DNA from: Octopus sinensis
Taxonomy: Eukaryota
Length of the DNA stretch: 64,000 nucleotides
Reading direction: 5' to 3'
Assembly: GCF_006345805.1 (NCBI RefSeq)
Contig: NC_043004.1
Span: 102,238,001 to 102,302,000, forward strand
Numbering within the stretch: position 1 is the first letter of the stretch; every line of letters begins with the position of its first letter. The notes under the pieces are model-generated. The model had not been told where the DNA came from, did no database searches, and was given only the letters and a program-made list of their open reading frames with translations. Positions 12,646-25,936 of the stretch are shown in pieces. The translations under genes and the position numbers were made by a program.

Positions 12646-13592
12646 TACACATACACACAACAGATTTCTTTAAGTTCCTGGCTCCAAAATATCCTCACAA
12701 GGCTTTGGTTGATTCAAAGCTATAGTAGGAAACACTTGCCCAAGGTGCCACACTGTGAGACTGAACCCATAATCATATGGTTGGGAAGCAAACTTCTTAA
12801 CTACACAGCTATACCTGTGAATGTGTGTGTGTGTGTGTGGTGTACATACATTCATTCATGCACAAATGCATATACATGAAAAATGTACTCTCTGTTCAAT
12901 ACAACATCATTGATGATACTCTTGACACTGTGATTCAAAAACTTGAGACTAGAAAAGCACCAGGAGGTGACTTCTTCAACAGGTATTGGTTAAAAAGAAA
13001 TTTCCTTCTCCTGAGAGTTGCAGTGAGTATTTCATCAACCTTTACTTGCAACCTCACAATGGAGATAGAAATTTAACAAAGCTTGTTGGCACTAGCAGAA
13101 ACAGAACTGATATTTCACAAGGAAAGCTATTCACACAGTGAAAAGCTAGTGGCTAGAATCTAATGCATTAAATATGTAAATACATCCTGTCTGAACCTAT
13201 TCCTCCAGGCCCCTGCAACAATGTCCATCACAGCTTTTTTTCTCTCTATTGGTGGAAAATTTGAAAAAGAAAGCCAGAACATAATATGCGCTCACACAAG
13301 TATGCACATGTGTATGTCTGGATATAATGTTACGAAATTCAAGCCAGTCTTTATTTATGCAAGTTTCATACTAAGTGTAGTTTGCAAATAAAGCAATATG
13401 TTACTGTAAGCAGGACAGCTTAGTATGTATTGTCTGAAGTCCTTTACATACAAACCATTCTCAATGAGAAAATACAACTACTACTTTTTGTTGTAATGAG
13501 TTTGAATATCTCCACTTGAGTACTTTTCTTTGTACTAGTCAAACACAGCTGCTGCTGCTGCTACTGATGTGTTCATACATAATTATCATTAA

Positions 13593-13814
13593 CCCTTTCG
13601 TTACTGTATTTATTTTGAGATGCTCTGTGTTTCTTTCAATTAATTTTGATTATAACAAAGAATTAAGTAAAATAACTTAGTTATCATTCAGCTAGTGTTA
13701 GGGACATAAATTGTGACTAAGGTTTGGTGGATGATTTTAATTCAGAAATTTTGAAAACCAGACATTTGTACTAAAGAGCCAGAGCCGGTTTCAGCCGGGT
13801 TGGTAACAAAAGGG
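13593..13814. mobile_element. piggyBac-type MITE family 1
   Basis: TTAA|CCCTTTCGTTAC...GTAACAAAAGGG|TTAA, 222 bp. Confidence 0.85.
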
Positions 13815-14259
13815 TTAAGGTGGTGGATTTGCAGAACTTGTAGAGCATCAGACAGCCTGCCTTGCAGTATATGTTCCAGCCTTTTACAGTCTGATTTCAA
13901 ATCCTGTCGTGGTTAACTCTTCTGTTCATCTCTCTGGAGTCAATAAGATAAAGTACCAGTCAAGTTCTAAGGTCTGTAGTATTGATTAAGCTCCTCTTTT
14001 TAAAAATGACTGGCCTTGTGACTGAGATTAGAAACAGTGGAGCTGGTAGAATTGTTAGGACAGTTGAAAAAATGTCAGGTGGTATTTGTCCCAGTTCCCT
14101 ACATTCTGAGTTCATATCCTCCCTGAGCCAACTTGGGATTGATAGGATAAAGTATCACTCAAGTATTGGGATTGATAGTATTGTCTAGTCCCCTCCTCTC
14201 AAAATTGCAGGCCTTGTGCCTAAATTAGAAACAGTTATTATTATTATTATTTTATTCAC

Positions 14260-15104
14260 TTAGTTTTACATGTTTACACTTTTATCATCTTCAAAGTATT
14301 CCCCATTTCAAGCAATGCATTAGTCCAGGTGCGTTTTCCACTTCTTAAAGCAATGCTGGAACTCTTGTGAAGTGATGCCTTTTAACGCCTCCATCATTTT
14401 TTTTCTTCACCTCTTCCACATCTACAAATTCCATAGCACCAGCTTTCATCACCAGTGATGATCATTGAATAAAGGTCTGGATCAACTTCCTGCCGTTCTT
14501 TCAGTTCATGACACGCATTCAGTCACGACTGTTTTTGATCTTCCATGAGCAAGAGAGACACAAATTTTGCTGCAACTCTTTACATTTGCAAGTTTTCACT
14601 CAAAATACGTTGGCAGGAACCCTAGGACACACCAGTCATATCAACAAGTTTCTCAATTGTTTGGTAAAAGTCCTCCAAAATCAGTTCCAGAATTTTCATA
14701 ATGTTTTCATTCATTTGGCAGATTGATGGTCATTATGAACGAGCAATAAGTGACCATTCCTAAAGCATGAAAACCACTTGTAAACTTGTGTTTTTGCTCA
14801 TGGCAGTGTCTTTATAAGCTGTTTGAAGTATGACAACTGTTTTGGATGCTGTTTTCCCCAGCAGAAAACAGAATTTCATGGAAGCATGCTGTTCCTTCGT
14901 GTCAGCCATTGTAAAAATCAACAAACAAGGGAGAAGCACTGCAAAAGAAAGATGCACCACGTGGCAGTGTGACTTCACCTGACAGTGCCAGTTAGTAGAC
15001 TGGTACCTGAGGGTTGCATCAAGTGAGTTCTAGCAGCAGAAGCCTGAACTCCCATAGGTTTGTCCCACAGAGAGCGTTTCTGGTTACTTTTGGGTACCCC
15101 CTCA
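14260..15104 (-). pseudogene. Decayed, internally deleted mariner transposase
   Basis: MADTKEQHASMKFCFLLGKTASKTVVILQTAYKD (14909 downward), IITGDESWCYG (about 14460), and the C-terminus FVDVEEVKKKMMEAL...FKKWKTHLD*CIA*NGEYFE. Confidence 0.8.
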
Positions 15105-15927
15105 CATCTTTAAGTTTCACATTGCTGGTTATTCATTTGAAGCAGTGTGACTGTAAAAAAAAAATAAAAACATAACCAAATATAACACATTGACATATGA
15201 TTGATTGTTGAGATTTGACTGATTGATGAAAATCTCCTAAAAAAAATGCCACGTATTCAATTTTCAAATGTCATCTATAGAATATGTAAACTATTCATCT
15301 ATTCACATGCAAATACATATGATATTTTCATGTCTTTAGTATTACGTATTATACACGCAATAAACAATAAAGGTATGTATTCTAAATTCATACCTGTTGC
15401 AGCATTCCTTGCTTTCATTGTCTTCTACGATACTGAATCTATGAAAATATCATGTTTTGACATATGAATAGACAGATGTTTGATGCATTTTCTAACAGTT
15501 TTCCAGCAACCAATTGAATTGTGATGATTAATCATATTTCAATGCATTTACAAATATTTTTTGCTTATATATTGTCACACTACTTTCGTCTCCCAATCAT
15601 TTGAATAATCAACATGAAACTCAGTTACAAAAAACTTAGGCTTCTAATAAAATATTTAGCCTACTAATAGAATATACTCCCTCTTTAAGACTTAGTAAGC
15701 ACATTCACTAGTTCAACAATCTATTTACCTGTCTAACAGTGTGTGTGTGTGTGTACGTGCGTGTACATGATGGGCTTCAGTAGGAATTCTGTCTCCTAAT
15801 TTTACTTACAAGACATTGACCAGCCTGGAACTACAGTAGAAAACACTTGCCCATTGTGCCATGTATTGGAATGTATCTGAAAGCATGCAGTTGTGATATA
15901 TATATATATATTTATATATATATATAT

Positions 15928-16124
15928 AAAGGGAAAGTTTACGAAAATAAACAAAAGACGAAAGCAGGTGGAGTACAAACAAATAAATGTATTAGTATAG
16001 CGCTCAGGAACAGAAATAGAAAAAGTCTTTTACGTTTCGAGCCTACGCTCTTCGACAGAAAGATACACAGAAAAGAAACAAGGAGAGAAAAAATATGTGT
16101 AGTAACTAACGATCTATCATGTCG
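15928..16124 (-). mobile_element. Putative Penelope-like LTR fragment (second family) carrying a hammerhead, embedded in (TA)n
   Basis: About 200-bp cassette flanked by (TA)n on both sides; contains the 16026-16063 hammerhead. Confidence 0.5.
16026..16063 (-). ncRNA. Penelope-type minimal (type I) hammerhead ribozyme motif
   Basis: Minus strand TCTTT-CTGTCGA-A-GAGC GTAG GCTC-GAAA-CG-TA^AAAGA: perfect 5-bp stem I, 4-bp stem II, palindromic ACGT stem III, GUA site. The core has A6U. Confidence 0.65.
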
Positions 16125-16281
16125 TATATATATATACACTTATGTGTTTGTGTGTATTTGTATGTGTATATATGTACATATGTGTGTGTGTATGTACATA
16201 CATGTACAAACGTTTTAGCCTGAAGGCCGCGGCCTTCGGCTAAAACATTTTTAAGGATATACATGTGTTGTGTATGTGTGT

Positions 16282-16589
16282 CATCATTTAATGTCTGTTT
16301 TCCATGCTGGCATGGGTTGGATGGTTTGACTGGAGAGCCAGCAGCTGCATCAGGCTCCAATCTGATCTGGCAAGGTTTCTACAACTGGATACCCTTCCTA
16401 ATGCCAATCGGTCCAAGAGTATAATGGGTGCTTTTTACGTGTCACCAGCACAGGTGCTAGTCATGCGGCCCTGGCATTGATCACCTTCTGATAGTGCTTT
16501 TTCGTTCCACCGGCACTGGAGCCAGTCAGGGGCCACTGGCATTGACCATGTTCGGAAGGTGCTTTTTACGTGCCACTGACACGGGAGCC

Positions 16590-16590
<1 letters not shown>
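16282..16590 (-). mobile_element. RTE LINE 3'UTR copy (diverged)
   Basis: catcatttaatgtctgttttccatgctggc...ccttcctaatgccaa. Confidence 0.75.
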
Positions 16591-16635
<45 letters not shown>

Positions 16636-17087
16636 GTATATATATATATGTGTGTGTGTTATGTATGTGTATATATATATATGTATGTATGTGTATATAT
16701 GTATGTATGTATGTGTATATATGTATGTATGTATGTGTATATATGTATGTATGTATGTGTATATATAATATGTATGTATGTATGTATGTGATATATATAT
16801 GTATGTATGTATGTATGTGTATATATATATGTATGTATGTATTATGTGTATATATATATGTATGTATGTATGTATGTATATATATATTATGTATGTATGT
16901 ATGTGTATAATATATATGTATGTAGTATGTGTATATATATATATGTATGTATGTATGTATGTGTATTATATATATGTATGTATGTATGTATGTGTATATT
17001 ATATATGTATGTAGTATGTATGTGTATATTATATATGTATGTATGTATGTATGTGTATATATATATGTATGTATGTATGTATGTGTA

Positions 17088-17118
<31 letters not shown>

Positions 17119-17121
17119 GTA

Positions 17122-17152
<31 letters not shown>

Positions 17153-17155
17153 GTA

Positions 17156-17186
<31 letters not shown>

Positions 17187-17189
17187 GTA

Positions 17190-17220
<31 letters not shown>

Positions 17221-18560
17221 GTATATATATATGTATGTATGTATGGTATATATGTATGTATGTTGTATATATGTATGTATGTATGTGTATATATGTATGT
17301 ATGTATGTATGTATATATATATATGTATGTATGTAGTGTATATATATATATGTATGTAGTATATATATATATGTATGTATGTGTATATAATATATGTATG
17401 TAGTATGTATATATATATATGTATGTATGTATGTATGTGTATATTATGTATGTATGTATGTGTATATATATATGTATGTATGTATGTATGTGTATATATA
17501 TGTATGGTATGTATGTGTATATATAATGTATGTATGTATGTATGTGTATAATATATATATATGTATGTATGTATGTATTGTATATATATATATGTATGTA
17601 TGTAGTATGTGTATATATATATGTATGTATGTGTATATATATATATGTATGTATGTATGTATGTGTATATATATATGTATGTATGTGGTATATATATATG
17701 TATGTGTATGTGTATATATATATGTATGTGTATATATATATGTATGTATGTGTATAATATATGTATGTATGTGTAATATATATATGTATGTATGTATGTA
17801 TGTGTATATATATATATGTATGTATGTATGTATGTGTATATATATATATGTATGTATGTATGTATGTGTATATATATATGTATGTATGTGTATATATATA
17901 TATGTATGTATGTATGTATGTGTATATATATATGTATGTATGTGTATATATATATGTATGTATGTGTATATATATATGTATGTGTATATATATATGTATG
18001 TATGTGTATATATATGTATGTATGTGTATATATATATGTATGTATGTGTGTATATATATGTATGTATGTATGTGTATATATGTATGTATGTATGTGTATA
18101 TATATGTATGTATGTATGTGTATATATATGTATGTATGTATATGTATGTGTGTATATATATATATATATGTATATTTGTGTATATATATATATATATGTA
18201 TATTTGTGTATATATGTATATTTGTGTATATATGTATATGTGTATACATGTGTATATGTGTATACATGTGTATATGTATATACATGTGTATATGTATATA
18301 CATGTGTATATGTATATACATGTGTATATGTATGCATGTGTATATGTATATACATGTGTATATGTATATACATGTGTATATGTATGCATGTGTATACATG
18401 TATATATGTATGCATGTGTATACATGTGTATATGTATGCATGTGTATACATGTGTATATGTATGTATGTGTATACATGTGTATATGTATATACATGTGTA
18501 TATGTATGCATGTGTATATATGTGTATATGTATGTATGTGTATATATGTATATGTATATA
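16589..18560. repeat. About 2-kb compound purine-pyrimidine microsatellite (TG, TATG, TATA, tacatgtgtata)
   Basis: Direct inspection. Confidence 0.97.
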
Positions 18561-19312
18561 GGTGTATATCTTTTATGAATTGACAAAATGTGAAGACCAG
18601 GAAAGTGAAAAGCAAAAAAAACAACCCCTGAAAATGCTTCCAAACATTAATACATCACACAATATTTGTTTTGCCCAAGTTGCTCAGATACTCTCTTGCT
18701 TTTGTTGTGTCAGAAATTCAAGAGATTAATAATTGGAAACCTGTTGTCGACAACCAAATGTGATGAAAAAATTTTTTTATTAAAACACAAACTTTTCGTT
18801 GAATACAATTTGCTAGTCAGAATACGTCAGAGGTGAGGGAGACTGTTTCTGCTCTAATTATCAAAATGTCAGTTTCTGATCTCAGTTTTTGCATTTTGTT
18901 ACATATCACATGATGTCAGCAACCGTGGAAGGATTTCTGTTATTCTTTCTTTCTGTCTTTACACTTGAGCTGAGAGTAATCTAGTTTCTAACTCGAGTTA
19001 CTCATAGGTAAGCTGTTATTGTAGTGTTTAGTTTTACCTGGCTTAGGTGAAAGACGGAAGACAGTATGTCTGTGTTGTTGAAGTTTAGTTTGAGTATTTT
19101 GTTAAATAGCAAAAACGTCATCTTACACAACCAGAACTGAAGAAATAAGAAAAATAGATTTTGCATGCATGCACTCGTGCAGCGCACGCGTGCACACACA
19201 CACACACACACACACTATATGTAAAAACATTTGAAGACAGATTGAATACTGATTCCATGTGTTGATAGCTTGTTGCTAGATCCTTCTGATTCACTATCAA
19301 ATATTTGTATCT

Positions 19313-19707
19313 GCGCAGGAGTGGCTGTGTGGTAAGTAGCTTGCTAACCAACCACATGGTTCCGGGTTCAGTCCCGCTGCGTGGCATCTTGGACAAGTGT
19401 CTTCTGCTATAGCCCCGGGTCGACCAATGCCTTGTGAGTGGATTTGGTAGATGGAAACTGAAAGAAGCCTGTCGTATATATATATATATGTGTGTGTGTG
19501 TATATGTTTGCGTGTCTGTGTTTGTCCCCCTATCATTGCTTGATGACTGATGCTGGTGTGTTTACGTCCCCCGTAACTTAGTGGTTCGTCAAAAGAGACC
19601 GATAGAAAACGTACTGGGCTTACAAAGAATAAGTCCCGTGGTCGATTTGCTTGACTAAAGTCGGTGCTCCAGCATGGCCGCAGTCAAATGACTGAAACAA
19701 GTAAAAG
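19313..19707 (+). mobile_element. SINE family A
   Basis: gcgcaggagtggctgtgtgg...gactgaaacaagtaaaag. Confidence 0.85.
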
Positions 19708-20636
19708 CATCATTTTAGTTTTAAGATGTACATACACACACACACTGACATAGATAAATAGTTAAGAAGTTTACTTCTGAAATCCAGAGGTGTTAAATTA
19801 GATCCCACTCTGCAGTGCTCTGGGTAAGTGTCTTCTACCATGGTTATAAGTTGAGCAAAGCCTTGTGAATGAACTGGGGTAGATAGAAACTGGTGTGATG
19901 GCCTATCTGTCAGATGCTAGGCTATTGTAATTCAAGGGGTCACAGTAATGGCAATAAAGGGAAGGAGAGAGTAATAACAGCTACATGTTTGCTAGGAGAG
20001 AGATCAAGTGATAGTCATAAAAATAGTCAGTAGTAAAAGAGGGTGATGGATGACCTGGAGGAGAGAGAATGAGGATTTGCAATACAGGCAAGTAATGTTA
20101 GATGGTAAGATAGGGTAAGCATTGGTTAGTCATGGAGTTAAGGTGTTGGTAGGAGGAGTGATCTGGAAGACAGAGAGTAATAGTGTGATAGAGTGGTGTG
20201 TCTGATATCAGTTGCTCTAAGACTGTACCTCATTACCAAGAGAGAGGTAGAGAATTACAGATGGTGGACTATGAAGTTGAATATGGAGAGATTCAAATCC
20301 AGCAGGATTTCTACAGCTAGATGCCCTTCCTAAATACCAACCACTTTACAGTGTGTACTGGATGCTTTTTTTCATGGCACTAGCACTAGTGAAGTCATCA
20401 AGTACTCACAAGACAAGGCCCCTCAATTGAATGGGGTGTAGTATTGGAAGATGTGGAAGTATTATTGCTGGACAAGAACAGGTTTTGTCTTTCATCTCCC
20501 AAGGTTTCCATTGATCGCCTTCCTCTGGCTTGATGGGGTTGCTGGTTTAGTCACTGACAACCCAACCATGCAGCAGATGGTACTAAGTTACATTCTACCA
20601 GTAGCATTCATGAGTGGCTGGACATTACATTCTTAA

Positions 20637-20844
20637 ACCTTTAGCATTCAGACTATTCCGTCAAATTCAATGTTCATTTATTCACATTGTTTTGAACTCA
20701 TCAGCTTTGAGATTTCAAGAATTTGATAATTTATTTTTTTAGAATGACATTGTAAGGTAGGTGTGAAAAGTCACACATGGCCCTTTTGGACATAAAACAG
20801 GGAGAATATTTGGACCTGATATGGCTGGTTTAAATGCTAAAGGG
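20637..20844. mobile_element. piggyBac-type MITE family 2
   Basis: TTAA|ACCTTTAGCATT...AATGCTAAAGGG|TTAA. Confidence 0.7.
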
Positions 20845-22556
20845 TTAAACTACCAGAGACTCTATATACCTATCTACACTAGCATACACACTAAAACTAT
20901 CTAAATTTTCTACCCTTGTGTCCAGGCTTGTCCCTTGCAACCCTCTCCAGCAGAGCATTCCTAATTTTGCGGACTTATAAGTGCTGATGCCACATAAAAA
21001 TCACCTGTTCTGGTGCTGCATGAAAGTACCCAGTGCATTTAAGTAGTTGGCTTTAGGAAGGGCATTCAGCTGTAGAAACCTTGCCAAAACGGACATGGAG
21101 CCTGAACAGCCCTTCAGCTTGTCAGCCTGTCCAACTCATGCCAGCATGGAGAACAGACATTAAATGATGATGATGATCTGCTTTAGACACTACATAATTA
21201 CTTCCCTATTCAACCACAGACACTCCCCACAAAACTATATCTGTTCACTGACATAGACACCAAACATTAAACTACCTCTGTACACAACTATAGACACTAC
21301 TGGCTAAGTTATATCCTACATTATGAACCAATGGAGGAGCCTTCCTTCATATCACAATACCTAACTTAAAAATGGAAGGGCACATTGGATAATGTAATCT
21401 TAGAATAAACAAAAGAACTGGGTTAGTCATGGCTGGAATGCCTCTGGTCATAATTTTGCTAGATTTACTGACCTTGGGTTTAACAACAACAACAACCATA
21501 GAAACTATGTAACTGATGGTCAAAATGTAGGAGAGAGTCTTTTCTTATCAGTGGGAAATATTTCAACAGATGGATGTAGAGGGAGAGGGAGGTTTCGATG
21601 AGGGGTTGAAGTGAGAGATAAAGAGCAGGAAGGGGAGGCGGGGAAGCCGACACATTAGCTGTAATAGCTGAGAGGGTGTAATAATGATTTATAAAGTTTT
21701 CTTTCAGACTTATCATTTTTTCAATCTCTTTCATAGACTGCTTAGACATAAACTGAATATAATCAATACGTCCATATTGATTATGTTTATAAAAAATAAA
21801 AAATAGATTTCACTTGACAGCTTAGTCTGACACACACACACACACACACACACACCTGCAACATTATCACACATATACACAAGTAAAACTCCTATAATCT
21901 TACTTGTATAGATTAATAAAATATCTTATTCTTTAAAACAATAGCAACGGCTTCATTGAGGAAGTGCTTAATAATTGAACTTGTAATTCTATTGTCTTGG
22001 AATTGTGTCTTGCTTGATCAATGCAGCTTAAAGAATTTACCCATATTAGCAGCTCTGGCAATAATAGTGCAGTAATTTGTATTGTTAGTGTTTCACACTA
22101 GAGCTTGCACACCAACAGTTTCTTGTGTTAGTCTCACCAATTATTTATTTTATCACACACATACACACACACACATTCTCTCTCTCTCTCTCTCACTCAC
22201 TATTTGCTCTCTCTCTCTCTCTTCTGAAATTTTGTGCCGTCACAGCTTGTATTGACAAAACTATCATTAACCATTCTAATAACCACCAACCTACTAGAAA
22301 TATCAAATAAATGTCCCTGCAAACCACACCCTACCATCTTAAAACCACTGCACATTGATATATCATCATCATCATTATTTAATGTCCTCCTTCCATGCTG
22401 GTATGGGTTGGTTGGTTTGACATTAAAGAAGCTGAATTTATTTAATTAATTGTGGTTATTTTAATTAAATTTAATTTATATAAATTATTTTATGTATTGG
22501 CTTAAGTCTTTCTTTGTTTGATTTGCATAATAGTGGTTTTGTCTCTAATTTAATAT

Positions 22557-22599
<43 letters not shown>

Positions 22600-22601
<2 letters not shown>

Positions 22602-22835
22602 CATCATCATCATCATCGTTTAATATCCGCTTTCCATGCTAGCTTGGGTTGGACAATTTGACTGAGGACTGGTGAACCAGATGGCTGCACCAAGCTCCAA
22701 TCTTGATTTGGCAGAGTTTCTACAGTTGGATGCCCTTCCTAACGCCAACCACTCTGAGAGTGTAGTGGGTGCTTTTACGTGCCACTGGCACGAGGGCCGA
22801 TCAGGCGGTACTGGCAACGGTCACGGAAAATCGTG
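22600..22835 (-). mobile_element. RTE LINE 3'UTR copy
   Basis: (CAT)n gtttaatatccgctttccatgctagc...gatgcccttcctaacgccaacc. Confidence 0.8.
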
Positions 22836-23449
22836 TTTTTTTTAATATATATAGTATTCAATGCATCATATCTGAAAATAAGATTGAATGGTCATGGAAC
22901 TCTTATCATAGGTGCATTGGATCAGGGCTGACCTGTGTTTAAATACAACTATTTTCATTGCAATACTCTTTTCGTCTCTGAACATGTTGATTGATTGATT
23001 GATTGATTGATTGTATGCAAACTGTCTCCACTTTTTTGCAGAGTACTTGTCTTGTCTCCTCCTTCTTCACCTGTTACATTCACCAGCTCCATAATCACTG
23101 AACCTTCCCATGAACTGCTTTGAACTTCCACAGGAAATTTCCTTACCTACCCATGTTTCTTTCCCCTACTCTCTACTAACCTACAACAGAAATCAATGTT
23201 TCAAATCCCCAGTCTCCTCTCCCTGTACATGTAAGATTATATACCTGTAAAATGAGTTAATTACCATTGCTTTTAATGAACATTTTAAAATGAATAAGAC
23301 GGGGGAAAGGAAATGGTGTTGTGTGACTATCATGAATGGCTGGGAGTTGAATCTAAGTCATCTGTCACACTGTGTCAGACTTACCCTAACCAAAGCCTTT
23401 CTACAATATATTGACACTAATTAAGGTTATTAAAGAAACAATGAACATA

Positions 23450-23836
23450 GGCGCAGGAGTGGCTGTTGGTAAGTAGCTTGCTAACCAACCACATGGTTCT
23501 GGGTTCAGTCCCACTGCGTGGCATCTTGGGCAAGTGTCTTCTACTATAGCCCTGGGCCGACCAATGCCTTGTGAGTGGATTTGGTAGACGGAAACTGAAA
23601 GAAGCCTGTCGTGTATATATATATGTGTGTGTGTGTGTGTGTTTGTATGTGTCACCCTAGCATTGCTTGATAACCGATGCTGGTGTGTTTATGTCCCCGT
23701 CACTTAGCGGTTCGGCAAAAGAGACCGATAGAATAAGTACTGGGGTTACCAAAGAATAAGTCCCGGGGTCGATTTGCTCGACTAAAGGCAGTGCTCCAGC
23801 ATGGCCGCAGTCAAATGACTGAAACAAGTAAAGAGT
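23450..23836 (+). mobile_element. SINE family A
   Basis: Full-length copy. Confidence 0.85.
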
Positions 23837-24104
23837 ATTAAAAGGGAAATTCTCCACTGCAAGTTATGTCTCTGAGTTAGTTTAAATTCTTGATTTTAAA
23901 AACTCATCCACTTACACTGCAAATACCTTGAAGAAAGACATGACCATCTCACAGAATTATACTTTCTTCCTAGTATATTTGAGGCCATGAGCCTAACAAA
24001 ATCAAAATCGATCAGTTGAATAATTCTATTTTATCTGTAAACATTATTTCAATAGTAGTAGCAGTAGTAGCACCAGTAGTGTACTTTTTAATATAGCCTT
24101 GCCT

Positions 24105-24388
24105 GGCCCCCGTGCCGGTGGCACGTAAAAAGCACCATCCGTCCTTGGCCGTTTGCCAGCTCCATCTGGCACCTGTGCAGGTGGCACGTAAAAAGCACCC
24201 ACTACACTCACGGAGTGGTTGGCGTTAGGAAGGCATCCAGCCGTAGAAACACTGCCAGATCTGACTGGGCCTGACGAAGCCTTCCAGCTTCACAGACCCC
24301 AGTTGACCCGTTCAACCCATGCTAGCATGGAAAGCGGACGCTAAATGATGATGATGGACGTTAAACGATGATGATGATGATGATGATG
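24105..24388 (+). mobile_element. RTE LINE 3'UTR copy with duplicated tail
   Basis: gccggtggcacgtaaaaagcacc...ggacgctaaatgatgatgatggacgttaaacgatgatgat. Confidence 0.85.
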
Positions 24389-24573
24389 TATCTTCCCAAT
24401 CACATTTTGATGTTTCAAGTTGTTTTCCAAGATGTTTTTGTTGTTTAGCCTAGGGCAGCTCTGACAGCAGATTTAAAGTCAAAGGTGTCCCAGTTGTGAT
24501 CATTCTCACCCTCTCTCCTTTTTTTTTTTTGTTAAGTGTTGTAAGGTATGATTTGAAGGAAAATTTAACTACA

Positions 24574-24948
24574 GGCATAGGAGTGGCTGTGTGGTAAGTA
24601 GCTTGCTTATGAACCACATGGTTCCAGGTTCAGTCCCACTGCGTGCCACCTTGGGCAAGTGTCTTCTACTATAGCCTCGGGCTGACCAAAGCCTTGTGAG
24701 TGGATTTGGTAGACGGAAACCTAAAGAAGCCCATCGTATATATGTATATGTGTGTGTATATGTTTGTGTGTCTGACAACCGATGCTGGTGTGTTTACGTC
24801 CCCGTTACTTAGCGGTTCGGCAAAAGAGACCGATAGAATAAGTACTGGGCTTACAAAGAATAAGTCCCGGGGTCGATTTGCTCAACTAAAGGCGGTGCTC
24901 CAGCATGACCACAGTCAAATGACTGAAACAAGTTAAAGAGTAAAGGAG
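24574..24948 (+). mobile_element. SINE family A
   Basis: Full-length copy. Confidence 0.85.
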
Positions 24949-25211
24949 TACTGTTTCAGACAATTTGAATTGACTATATAGAGGTTGGAGAAAGCATTAA
25001 TGTCACAACTTCCTATGTCTGTTTTCTTTATAAATTTGAGGATCTGTAACAAAACCTATCTTAAAGCATCATTATTCTAAAGCAGTATTCTCAACTACTG
25101 TTTTGCCTGTGGAGTCCTTTGATTGCTATTTTACTTGAGGTGGGCAGAAGGTGGGGGCAGCCTAATAACCATTCAATGTCAAAAAATTTGCTATTATATT
25201 TTTATTAAATA

Positions 25212-25606
25212 CTAGCAGTATCGCCCGGTGTTGCTTGGGTTTGTAAGGGAAATAACTATATAAGCATTTTTAGAGATGTAAAGTATAATAGCCATTTCAA
25301 TATGGCTAACCACAAAGGGGGGTGTTACTGTAGCTTTTTACGTTCTGAGATTTAATAATAAATTTTTAGAGAGTTACTTCCCTTATATATGCCAAAAATG
25401 CATTAAAAATGGGAAAAAATTATGGTAATTTTTTTTTTAAATCGTAGACTCATCGTAGACGCACGCTAATACCCAGAAGGGCTAGATATGAATCACGACT
25501 ATAAGATACCCGGTTTTGGTTAAACTGCACCGCAAAATGTGGGAGTAGTTAGGAATCTAAATCGTAGGAGACAGACAGCACACAACCTCACTTTTATATA
25601 TATAGA
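25212..25606 (-). mobile_element. Non-autonomous Helitron
   Basis: Minus strand A|TCTATATATATAAAAG at the 5' end and CCCAAGCAACACCGGG hairpin then CTAG|T at the 3' end; inserted between A and T with no TSD. Confidence 0.8.
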
Positions 25607-25903
25607 TTAGGTTTGGTATTAAAAAAAAAATGTTCAAATTTGTTGTGTATTGTAGAAATATTTGCGCATTAAGTTTAACTCCTTGCAGATGGGAAACGGT
25701 ACTGACTGCATTGGAACGGTGTGTGTGAGCAGTGCTATGCCTTGTTCTGTGTGGCACTGTGTTTTTAAATACACTGTAAAATTCCTTGTATGAAAAATTG
25801 TGAAGTTACTGAATAGCCAAGACTGTCAAGTACTAAATCCATCTACAAGGGGTTAACAACAAAATCCAGTTGAGACTTACTGTTCTAACATATAAATCTT
25901 TTG

Positions 25904-25936
<33 letters not shown>

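Noticed and set aside
16494-18643. Very long ORFs (up to 531 aa) of YVCM/HTYI composition on both strands
   Set aside because: TAA, TAG and TGA each need two adjacent purines, so near-strict RY alternation is stop-free by construction. These are not genes. The same applies to 42919-43397 and 56999-57510.
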